64,000 bases of DNA from contig NC_058132.1 in the NCBI RefSeq assembly GCF_016433145.1, forward strand, positions 618,114,382 to 618,178,381, written 5' to 3'. The translations under genes and the position numbers were made by a program. Below the pieces are notes generated by a model. It had not been told where the DNA came from and did no database searches. It worked only from the letters and a program-made list of their open reading frames with translations. Below, in pieces: positions 11,747-21,903 of this stretch. The DNA comes from Gracilinanus agilis. Its lineage: Eukaryota. Each line of letters starts with the position of its first letter. The first letter of the stretch is position 1.

Positions 11747-12037
11747 GTTCAGGGTCACCTTTCCTTTATCCTAAAACCTTCATTGACTTCTTTAATTTTC
11801 CTTGTTAATTCCTAATATAACTTTTTACCTTCAAATCTGTGCCTGATAATTATTTGGGAAGATACTTACAATTCAGTCTGTATATTTAGTTTGAATCCTG
11901 TTGGCTGCCAGTTTAAGATCTCCTCTGTCCTCAACAGTTAGATAACTAATTTCTATATACTCATCATACTGACCTGTGAGGAATATAAATTTAAGAAAAG
12001 AAACATCAATTGGGGTTTCAGCCATAACTGAACTTAC

Positions 12038-12069
12038 CAGAGGAATCTTATTCCTGTCTTCATTACCAA
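12038..12069 (-). CDS. Candidate 32-nt microexon (GNEDRNKIPL)
   Basis: ctctaac branch point, tgcttctgcttcag acceptor, CTG|gtaagt donor; phase 1 to 0 frame open. Confidence 0.22.
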
Positions 12070-12233
12070 CTGAAGCAGAAGCAGTTAGAGGGGGAGGGGT
12101 TTGAGAATCAGGAGTGTTTTACCCCCTCCTTTCCTCACTGAAGCCTGTCAATCTCTGGCTCTTGACTTAAAGCTCTATTTGGCCCTGACACATTTATCTG
12201 CTTCTCCAAACTATCTGTTATTATCATCATAAC

Positions 12234-13430
12234 ACTTATTAGCTTTCTAGAGCTCAATTATTATTTCTACCTAGATAGTTCTAGTTACATGGCTTGAGGA
12301 ATCTCAGAAAGCTAAAGAGTTATCCAAGAAAAAGGCTGCCCAGAGAATAAGAGATTCAGGATTCCCAAACTCCAGTTCTTCCTGATTAACTTACTGTTAA
12401 ACATTTCCACTTGAGCATCTCACTGGCTCAACAGGCTCAAAATGTACAAAATAGAACGTGATACCTTCTTCTCCAAACCCACTCATGTTCATGCTTCAAT
12501 TTCAATTGACATAACCCCCATCTATGCAATCATCCATGTTCCATCCATGACTCTTCCTTCTCCCTTATTCCCATAGGCAATCAATTAGAAACTTTTCTTA
12601 CCTCTATCTTCACAACATTTCGCTCTGCTCTTCCTTCTTTCTCTATTCATATAGCTACTCCCCTAATGATTCTCAGAGCCTCATGATCTCTAACCTGGAC
12701 TGTTTCAACAATCACCTAATTGATCAACTTGCTTCTACTCTCAGCTTCCTTATTCATCTTCCACATAGCTATCAAATCAATATTCCTAAAACAGGTCTGT
12801 CAACATTACTTATCTTTCGCCAGCCCTTTAGTAGTTCTCTCTGACCTCTAGAATAAAAGGCAAATTCCTAAACCTGGAATTTAAATCCTTTCATATACTG
12901 GCTCCAATGTATCTTTTTTAGATGTTTTTTATATTAAAGTTAAATTAGAAGCTCTTATTCACTTCATGCAGCAGACAAACTAATTTATTATTTTCTGATG
13001 TTTACATTCTACCCTCTCTCCTCTTGCCTTTGCAAAGTTGGTTAGAATACTTTCAGTTATCCCTTCTGCCTCTTAGAATTTCTAGCTTTCTTAAGGCACT
13101 GCCTTATATGTAAAGAATTTTGAAATAATCCCAGTATTTGTTGCTTCCTCCTGCCTCAAGTTAACTTGCTTTTACTTATTTAGTGGGAAAGTTGAGGTTG
13201 GGCATCAAGAGACCTGACCTTTAATTTTTCCTCTCCTACAAAAGTTGTAGGATCTCTAAGCAAATTAATTTCACTGTGTTAGTTTCCTAATCTATAATTT
13301 ACTATATTTTATGACCCTCTTTCCAGCACGCAGTGGAATGCAAACTCTTTGAGGGATGAGACTTTTTTTGCTTTGTATTTTTTTTCTTATATGTCCAGTT
13401 CTGAGGACAGTGCCTAGTAGGTAATAGACA
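12234..13430 (+). mobile_element. L2 3' region
   Basis: ctcaaaatgtacaaaatagaac, cctggactgtttcaaca, atcttccacatagctatcaaa, gaataaaaggcaaattcct and aaactctttgagggatgagact L2 landmarks. Confidence 0.8.
13183..13297 (+). mobile_element. MIR fragment embedded in the L2, apparent copy of the MIR at 13965
   Basis: ~82% ungapped-like match to 13965-14082, including shared non-consensus strings. Confidence 0.6.
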
Positions 13431-13482
13431 ATTAATATTCATCTAATTAAATTCTATTCTATTTATTTTTACTATCCCTTAG

Positions 13483-13551
13483 ATTTTTGATAGAAAATGA
13501 CACAGTAGAAACTAAGTTAAGAATGTCTAAGAAGAGAGGACTTCAGTATGG
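13483..13551 (+). CDS. Candidate 69-nt exon (FLIENDTVETKLRMSKKRGLQY)
   Basis: ttttactatcccttag acceptor, TGG|gtaatt donor, open phase 2-2. Confidence 0.18.
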
Positions 13552-13964
13552 GTAATTATCACCAAATGTTCAACACGAAACTTCTATGAAAGGCCTCTGA
13601 TCATTTAATATATAAATATTAATCATAATAAATATTAATCATAATAATAAATATAATGAATAAGTTAATGACCTAGTTATTTATTAAATGATGGTGAGAT
13701 TGATATTAAAAATAAATAAATTATGATCAGGGATCAAACAATCTTAAAATTGTTTTTGTCTTTCAGGTCAATTCAATAAATACTAAGCATCTATGCACTG
13801 GAAAAAGATACAAAGATGGTTATAATGAATAAAAAGAGGAGAAAGAAGAGGAAGAAGAATAAGAAAAGGGAACTGAGATTCAATATGACATTGACTCATT
13901 AGTTATAATTACAGTGGAAATTGATATCTGAAAGGGAAGTGATACATTAGAACTATATGTTTTT

Positions 13965-14170
13965 GTGGGAAAGGACTTGAGATTGGGCATCAAGAGACCT
14001 GGATTTTAACTCTTCCTCTGATACTAAAATTTTAGGATCTCTAAGTAGATTAATATCAGTGTCTTGGTTTCCTCATCCATAAAATAGGTATAATAATTCC
14101 TATCTTATCTCACATGTTATTATGAGGATAAATTACATTTAAGACCATAAAAGTGCTATGGAAAAAAGTA
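13965..14170 (+). mobile_element. MIR
   Basis: gagacctggattttaac...gtttcctcatccataaaatagg...gttattatgaggataaa...aagtgctat. Confidence 0.7.
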
Positions 14171-14519
14171 TTGAAACGTTCTTCAAGGTGCAAGAAGCTG
14201 AATGCATGGGTTATGATCTAATTGGAATAAGATGTAAGCTATGAATCTGGAGACCTGGGTTCTAATCTTCATGCCCTATATAAGACTTGATCAAGTCTTT
14301 CTACCTCTCTTGGCTACATTCACCCCATTTATAAACTGAAAGAGGATACTAGATGAATCCTAGTGTCCTTTCCATGTTGGTGAAAACCCATTGATATTAA
14401 TTTTGTCAGTATTCAGACTCAAAGAACAAACTGACATTCAGCTTTGACCTTACATATTTACATGCTTTAAAAATTCATAATTTCACTGTGACACGTTGTT
14501 CTTTGACAATTCACAATGC

Positions 14520-15240
14520 CTGGATACCTTAGCAAATGGATTTGGTGAATTGCAGGACCAAAAAAATGAATTAATTCTCCCAAATTAAAGAGATTAGGCC
14601 TCAGCCAACAATATATACAGTACATTGCTGGAACCACTGACATAACTTTTTAAAGAACCCCAATATACCATGATGTCATGAGTAGGCATTGAAATAGGAC
14701 ATTAGTGGAAAATGACCTTCAATGTTTTTGTTGTTTATCATTCACACATAAAGAAAGTCAATGGCATGATGTTTTCTTCAGTGTTGTCAGAAGCCTTCAA
14801 AAATGATGAAAATGATATCAAGGTTAGTTACTGTACCCAATGGTAAACTATTTAACTGGGAAAAAAGCTACCTAAAGAGGAAAAAAAAGTTGGTGCTTAA
14901 CTTTTTGTTCACAGATAATAGTATACTCAATACAGCCTCTGAGGCTGAAATGAAACAGAATATGGATCAATTCTCTGCTTAGCTTGTGCTAATTTTGGCC
15001 TGACAATCAATAAAATACCAAGGGAACAGAGGTTTTCCACCAGCCACTACATCATCTGTACCTAGAAGCACTAATTACAGAAAATGAAGAAATCTTGAAT
15101 ATTGTGGATAAATTCACTCACCTTGGCATACTTTTCATGGATATCCACAGACATGGTAGAGTCGGCATTCAGTAATGAAAAATTGAACATAGGAATTAAG
15201 GGAAAACAAAAACAACTCTTTGTCACTAGGAATGCCTCCT
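14520..15240 (+). mobile_element. RTE LINE fragment covering the RT domain
   Basis: From 14905 reads LFTDNSILNTASEAEMKQNMDQFSA (cf. LFADDCALNAASEAEMQ), followed by an NFGLTIN-like and a VDKFTHLG-like motif. Confidence 0.85.
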
Positions 15241-15383
15241 GAAGAGGAATGTGTAATTACAGGCTAGATGAAGAGGAAGAAGAGAAGAAAGAAACTTAGA
15301 TTTACAAAGTTCCTTAATATTGAGAGTGCTTTTCTTACAATAGCCCCATGATTTAGGCTTAGAAGAGATCTTAGAGATAGTCT

Positions 15384-15576
15384 CAGTGGTTCCCAAACTT
15401 TTTTGGCCTACTGCCCCCCTTCCAGAAAAAAATATTACTTAGCCCCCTGGAAATAATTTTTTTTTAAATTTTAATAGCAATTAATAGGAAAGATAAATGC
15501 ACATGTGGTCATCACCGTCCGCTGGATCACTGCAGCACCCACCAGGGGGTGGTAGTGCCCACTTTGTGAATCACTG
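15384..15576. mobile_element. Non-autonomous hAT (Charlie-type) MITE inserted in a MIR3
   Basis: TIRs CAGTGGTTCCCAAA and TTTGTGAATCACTG; right flank gtctagat fits the Charlie NTCTAGAN target preference. Confidence 0.85.
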
Positions 15577-15679
15577 GTCTAGATTTTATTTTACAAATAA
15601 GAAAACTGAGTTCACCCAAAATTAGGTACCCTTCCCAAAAATATATATTTAGTTGTATAAGACTCCCACAATGAATATG

Positions 15680-16090
15680 CAAGGAGAAAAAAAGACAAAA
15701 ACACCCCATATGTATCAAAATAGTCATAACACATTTTTGGCACAAATAACATGAAAATAAAAGAATACTCATCAATTGGGAAATGAGTGAATTAACTATG
15801 GCATTTGATTATAATGGAATATTATCATTCAGTAAGAAAAATGAGAGGAATTCATATAAACATGGGGAATTTGCCTCAATAACATAAGGTGGAACTAATA
15901 GTACTGAGAAGATATTGTACAAAATGACTACAGGTATATAAATAAGAAGAACACTACAAGGTACATGAATTCTGACCAGCTATAATAACCAGTCTTGGTC
16001 CTATAGAAGAGAAATTGAAATATGACTCTCTGTCTCAGCAGATTGACTGAATAGTACATATACTTGTCAGATGAAGTCACTATCTTTTAC
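15680..16090 (+). mobile_element. Old L1 3' fragment
   Basis: ctcatcaattgggaaatg...aatggaatattat...gtacaaaatgactaca degenerate L1 ORF2 end and 3'UTR. Confidence 0.62.
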
Positions 16091-17487
16091 CTGCTACTTA
16101 ATTGCATTTTTTTTTAATTTATTGCAACATATCAGTCAGTTCCAGGGGTGGACACAGCATATCCACAAACTACTTCAATGTACAAACAAAAGATTTCATT
16201 AAAATTTATTTTTACAATGAATTTGCAATTATTTAAGTTACTGCGAATATGATGATACTTATAATGTTTTTCCCTTTACCATACATATGCATATGTAATT
16301 TGCCAAAAATGTCTAGTCATTACTGATTACTTAGACTTTCATTTAGCTACTGATGACAATAATTATGATGATCACTTCTAATTCAGAAGGATATCATGCT
16401 GTAAACCACTGTAATTTTCCATTAATTATAGATATTGACCTTTAGACCAAACTGAACATTTTCTATCAGTTTAATTATTCTTTAAGAAGCCCAGTTATTT
16501 TGTCCACAAACAGAATGGATAGTATTTGTCAAAACTTTTCCATGGCATGTAATAATAGATTAAGACTGTAGATATAAACAGGATTTTAGTTATTCTAATT
16601 CCTCCTAGAATATCTATAGCACCATGTGAATCCTAAGGAAAAAACTACTTGCTCATGCTACCTAAGAGCCATTTTTAGGAGTCACAGGGAACTGGGCAAA
16701 CTAGATCTCTATCCTGCTTCCAATTTCAATGCCTAGATTCATACTTAGTTTTACTCTTTTAACAAATCACACTCATTACATCATTCTGCTTATTAGACAT
16801 GAATAGCAATGTCAGGGGTCACTGGCTGCTGCTGAGGTACATGGATTAAGCACGTGTGCAAACACTGAAACCATTGATCTTCATATAAATAATCTCTTTT
16901 CCATAATACATCATTTTGTCACCCTCTCCTAGACAAAGACCATTGGCTGGAAATAACTGTTGGTATTGTCATTAAATAAAATCAAAGCAAAGTTCCTACT
17001 GATTGGCATTTTTCACCTCTTCATGCCCAGTTTATGATCACCTTCTATTGCATTGCAATCAATTCTATTGGACTCTAAATTACTTGAGAGCAGGGACTGC
17101 ATTGTTTCCAGTTTGTTGTTCCTACTAAGATTATAGGATTTTTAGCAAGAAACTTATTTGGTTCATAGAATTCACAAAGTCCAAACACGTCATTTTATGG
17201 TTGGGAAAACAGAGGTCAAAAGACATAGAGTGATTTGCCCAAGGTGACATTGGAAATAACTGGAAAATATGAGAAATTAATCCAGGTTTCTTGACCAACA
17301 CTAGTACATTTTTCCCTGGTCCTGCACTAAGTATTTAATGGACATTGAATAAAATTGAATAATTCAAACTGAAGAACATTTTTTAATTGCTTAGATGTAT
17401 ATGTGAAAAAAAAACTGATTTTCAACTTGTGTTTTCAGTGTTGACTTGATACACCATCAGAATTCATCAAAGAATTCCCCATCTCAC

Positions 17488-17546
17488 CATTTCGTTCTTA
17501 GTTAAGTAGACATGGCATCGAAGTAACCAAGATTTATTGTCCATCT
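17488..17546 (-). CDS. Candidate 59-nt exon (EMDNKSWLLRCHVYLTKNEM); alternative to the + strand reading
   Basis: gtcttctttgttcag acceptor, ATG|gtgaga donor, phase 1 to 0 open. Confidence 0.2.
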
Positions 17547-17678
17547 CTGAACAAAGAAGACGAGCTTATTTGCAGGTTTCGCCACCAGGAGGTTGGCCAA
17601 ACTCCAGCTGAGTGGTTCAGGGGGAAAAAAATTCCTTCTTCCTTCAATTTTACAGATATAACGTTACATGGATCCTAA
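17502..17678 (+). CDS. Candidate exon, 58 codons plus stop (LSRHGIEVTKIYCPSLNKEDELICRFRHQEVGQTPAEWFRGKKIPSSFNFTDITLHGS)
   Basis: catttcgttcttag acceptor; open frame to TAA at 17676-17678; local CpG retention. Confidence 0.28.
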   Translation, partial: LSRHGIEVTKIYCPSLNKEDELICRFRHQEVGQTPAEWFRGKKIPSSFNFTDITLHGS

Positions 17679-18252
17679 AAGAAAGCGAGACTTGGGTACA
17701 ATGTATATTAATCTTTTGTGATTTGCTAGAAGTAGAGAATACAGGTATAATTTTCCTGATCTACTCCTTCATCTACTGAGAATTTAAATCACATTAGAAA
17801 TTTCCATTTTCAATTAAGCATCATTCCCTATGCCCCTCTTCTATTGGCATAGGGTTGAAATAGGGAGGAGGAAAGAGGAAGGAACAGACAAAAGGAAAAG
17901 CTATTAGCAAAGTCTAGGATCGCAATATGTCTGGTTATTTCATAGTTTCAGTACCTAGCCCCCATTTTTGCTCCTCAGAGACTGTAGCCAAGCTACATTT
18001 CTCCTTGCAATCCTGCTGTCTACTTTAGATTTGTAGCGAGGCCAGTTTCTTTTATTCTATTCACTGTGTAGTCATATATATTTACAGTGCTCAGGAGGAT
18101 AACTCCAACTTGAAGCATTAAACTGCTGACTTACAGACTCGGGTCACACTCAGGTCTGTGTTGTTTGTGCTTTAGAAAATACAAAAATATTTGGCCCTCT
18201 TAGTTTGTTTTCACAAGATCCACTCAGCTCTTCTACTGAAAGGTCAGCATAC

Positions 18253-18340
18253 CTGTTCTGGAGTCAAAGTGGAAACAACAAGCCTCATTCACATCCTGAT
18301 GGAGCTCTTGCTGACACTGGATTGAATATTGACTAAAAGT
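18253..18340 (-). CDS. Candidate 88-nt exon (TFSQYSIQCQQELHQDVNEACCFHFDSRT)
   Basis: ttttattctctag acceptor after a long pyrimidine-rich stretch, CAG|gtatgc donor, phase 0 to 1 open. Confidence 0.25.
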
Positions 18341-18537
18341 CTAGAGAATAAAATTTGCTCCAAAGGAAATTTTATCAATTGGAAGAGAAAGAGGGGAAGC
18401 AAGTGAGGAAGGGAGGAAAATAAAGAGAGAATCAGACAAACAGAAGAAGAGAAACAGAAAGAGATACACAGCAACATTTTAAATTCAAAACTAAGAATCT
18501 TCTCTTTCTGTGCATTTTGTATTTCTTGGAATTGCTT

Positions 18538-18708
18538 GGAAATTCTTAACATGAGATCTATGAATTTTAAAAATATATTAATACTACTTCAATATAATAG
18601 ATTTCTTTTGTAATTTTATGCCTTTAAACATTATTCTGGGAGGGCATGACCTATTGGCTTCACTAGCCTATCAAAGAAGTCCATTGATATGAAAAAGGTT
18701 AAGGACAA
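18538..18708. mobile_element. hAT MITE (marsupial Charlie4a-like)
   Basis: ttcttaac...ttcaatataatagatttc...aaacattattctg...aagtccat...aaaaaggttaagga. Confidence 0.6.
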
Positions 18709-18845
18709 TAAGCAAGACATAGTTCTATTATACATAGATATTTTTATCAAATGAAATCTTTTTTAGTAGGAAGAGGGAAAGAATGGATGAGTTATTGTGG
18801 TATCTAAATATAATAAACAAGCAAATAAATAAATTTAAGTTTTTA

Positions 18846-18980
18846 AGAAAAAGGAGGAGGAAGAGGAGAAGGAGAAAAACAAGGAGAAAGAGAAGGCTTA
18901 GAAAAAGGAGAAGGAGGAGGAGGAAGAAGAAGAGGAGGAAGAAGGGGGAAGGAAGAAACAAGAAGGAAGAAGGAAAGGAA
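18846..18980. repeat. (AGG/AAG)n purine-rich low-complexity repeat
   Basis: Direct reading; source of ORFs 18728..18961 and 18783..18998. Confidence 0.95.
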
Positions 18981-18989
18981 ACTTGTAGT

Positions 18990-19295
18990 TGCTTTTAAGG
19001 TTCAGCTTTAAGTTCCTCTCCTAGAGAAGGAGGACTTCCTGGATCCCATTCACCTTAGTTAATGCTCTCTACCTTTCACTCTTAAATTTACTTGTTTTGA
19101 TTTTGTCTATATTTTGTACTTACTTATCTATGTACAGGCTGACTTTTTATATTCCCACATATCATAGAACTTAAACTCTTGGAGAGAAAACATTGTTTCT
19201 CTCTTTTTTTCCCCTCCTTTTTCTTTGCTAGCACCTAGTGAAGAGCCCAGCACTATATGCTACTTTAAAAATAAATACCTGATTAATTGATTTGA
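18990..19295 (+). mobile_element. L2 3' end
   Basis: aaactcttggagag...agcacctagtgaagagcccagcac...aataaatacctgattaattga. Confidence 0.65.
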
Positions 19296-19313
19296 CACTA
19301 GACAAACAACAAA

Positions 19314-19345
19314 AGAGAGAGAGAGAGAGCGAGAGAGAGAGAGAG
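19314..19345. repeat. (AG)n microsatellite
   Basis: Direct reading. Confidence 0.95.
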
Positions 19346-19614
19346 ACTCTCTGAATCTTTAAAAAATAATTAGTTTAATTTCCAGAACAAAAATTCTGAC
19401 ACAAATTTAATTTTGTCAAAAATCTAAAACATTAATAAGTTTCATCATTTTGAGGTAGCTTGTTATGAACTCCCAGGCCTGCTACTTCATTATGGCTTTC
19501 ATATTGATAAATAAATATCTGTTGAACTTGGGGGACATAAGGTAGAAAAATATATAATTTTATCTTGGTATCAATATATGAAATAATGGAAAGATTATTA
19601 GCAGTCAGTAATTA

Positions 19615-19875
19615 ATTAGTTAGTAGCTGACATTTTATATAGTTTTATATAGTTTTAAGGTCTTTGATGTACTTAATAGCTCATTTAATTTTCACAACCT
19701 TGTAAGATCAGTGCTATTTAAAATATACATTTATATATATATATATTCATACCCATTTTATAGACACAGTAACTGAGATAGAAAGAAGTTAAGTTACTTT
19801 TCTGTTGTTACAAAGTTAGTATCATATGCTGTATTAGAACCTAGACCTTCCTGATTCTATGTCCAGCATGCTAAA
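19615..19875 (-). mobile_element. MIR
   Basis: ctcatttaattttcacaacc...cccattttatagac...actgag...cttcctgattc. Confidence 0.7.
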
Positions 19876-19879
19876 TATT

Positions 19880-20140
19880 AGGTTGCTAAGTTGAACAGTA
19901 ATTTAGAGAACTGGACCTGGAATGAGAAATAACTTGAGTTTAAACCTAGCCTCAGAAACTTACTAGTTGTGTGACAGTGTGCAAGTCCCTTAAACTCTGC
20001 CTCAATGTCCTTATCTGGAAAGTGAGAATTTTAATTGCATCTTTTTCCCAGAGATCCTGAGAACAAAATGAGATATTTGTGATCTGCTTTGCATAACTTA
20101 AAGACATATATAAAGGCTAGAAATAATTGCTATTATTATT
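19880..20140 (+). mobile_element. MIR-family CORE-SINE
   Basis: actggacctggaatgag...cctagcctcagaaacttactagttgtgtgac...aaatgagatatttgt. Confidence 0.75.
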
Positions 20141-20324
20141 CAAATTAATGCTCAAGTGTACTTCTGTTTACCTAATGAGGAAAACAAAAGGAGAGAGCTC
20201 ACTACCGGTGAAATAAAAGATGAGAATCAGAACAATAAATTCCCTTACTAAGCTGGAGATCTCCTATAAGGGCAGATTGTTGAAAGATGCCTAGATAATA
20301 TAATCCATTATAGAAGTGTAGTCA

Positions 20325-20570
20325 ACTAAATGGTATAATGGCTAATCACTGGGCTTAGAGTGAGGAAGACCAGAGTAAGTATCCTGCTTCAGACATTTAT
20401 TATCTGTGTGACCTTGGGAAAGTCACTTAATCTCTATTACTCTCAGATTCCTCACTGTAAAATGGGAGTCATAATATCTGTGCCTAGTGTTGATAGAGGA
20501 TAGAATGGGATAACATATGGAAAAAGTTTCACAAACCTTAAAAATACAACATAAATGTTGGATATTATTG
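20325..20570 (+). mobile_element. MIR
   Basis: ggaagacc...tcctgcttcagacatttattatctgtgtgaccttgggaaagtcacttaa...ctgtaaaatgggag. Confidence 0.8.
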
Positions 20571-21080
20571 CTATAAGCCAGATATTTTTCTGCTATATTT
20601 CAGACCCACAACTGATATATTCAATCTCTTTTTAATCACAGTTCTGCTATGTTCAAGCCCTTATGTTATGCCCCTTAGGGAGGGGAAGATATGCAGTTGA
20701 ATAAGAAAATTCGTTGACTACTTTCTTAAGCTAGTGACTGGTTGGGTTGGGAATCAGCACCCAGTACATTTGTGCTATCCCATGGCATCTTTTTAAGGGA
20801 GATATGAGGTGGTTTGTCAGAAAAACACTGACATAACTTTAAGGAGACATGAATTCTAGTTCCAATTCTGCTAACAAGTATTTTGACATTAAGCACATTA
20901 CTCCTCTTGAAAAAGCTTCCATTACTTCATTCTGAAAATGAAAGATTTGGGGTATCTGATCACTAAGACCAAGACCACTTCTGATACTGACTTTCTATGG
21001 CTCAGTGGTTCTAAATGAGAAATGTGGGGATCCCTTTCCAACTGTGTTCCTCTTAGCTGCAACTTTCAGGTCGTTAGTGT

Positions 21081-21903
21081 TGTGAAGAGTGAATCAAACT
21101 TTCTTTGTCTATCAATCAACGTTTTTTAAGTTAATCAATCAGAAAGTTAAGTACCCCTACTTTGTACCTTACCAAACACTAAGTATGAGAGTTCACAAGT
21201 CACTTGCTAGAATGGGTGACAACTCCAGAGGTCCTTGACCTACCCTGGTCAGTGCTAGGAAATTGAAAGATTGTGATTGGTCCCAAAAAGTGGGGAAGGG
21301 GCAGGAAGTGACATGGAAAAAGGACTATAAAAAGTCCTAAACTTCCTGTCCAAGGGAGCTCCCCTTTAGACTTCACCTTTGGAGTTCTTCTTTGGATTCT
21401 CTGCTCCTTGGATTTTCTCCTTTGGACTTTTTCTTTAGAGGATGGCTCCTTGGGGCTTTGGGACTTCAATTTTGACTTGGAGCTTTGGCCCTTTTGACTG
21501 GAGTTTTCAGCTTTGGGACTTCAACTTTCAGCTTTGATGTTTTTTGGAGTTGTGGACTTTCTTGTTGGGTTAACTGCTGCCTTGGTGAGCTTAGCTCATG
21601 AGTGTTTTTCTGCATTGGTACCTTGCCTGGATCCTAACTAGCTTGCTGGTGAATGACTAGGATTCCTATGTGGAGTTTGGAACTCTGTAAGGGAATGAGT
21701 TTCATTTCACCAGATCAGATTTAGGGTAAGCTAGGCAATCTCCTCATTTCTTTTCCTTCCACATTTCCCTCTTTTTTTACTAATATTCCAATTAAACAAA
21801 ATTGTTAAAAATTGCTAATAGTTTTCCTGACTTAAGGGATAATAATCAGGGACCACTTTTTATAACTCTTTTATTTAGTCAAAATCATAATTTAACCATT
21901 ATA
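21081..21903 (+). mobile_element. Solo ERV LTR (~820 bp)
   Basis: TG start; ends taatttaaccattata (CA mutated to TA); 4-bp flanks gtgt/gtgc; reverse CCAAT near 21275, TATAAAA 21326-21332, ttggac-type repeats after the TATA, AATTAAA near 21790. Confidence 0.75.

Noticed and set aside
16799-16950. Two short exon-like segments (40 and 30 nt)
   Set aside because: Very short with moderate donors; such hits are expected by chance in 64 kb
18728-18998. Leu/Phe-rich and Arg/Lys-rich ORFs resembling a TM segment or protamine
   Set aside because: Translations of an (AGG/AAG)n low-complexity repeat
19615-20140. Head-to-head MIR pair as a possible hairpin
   Set aside because: The copies look independently diverged with no shared flank; a common arrangement
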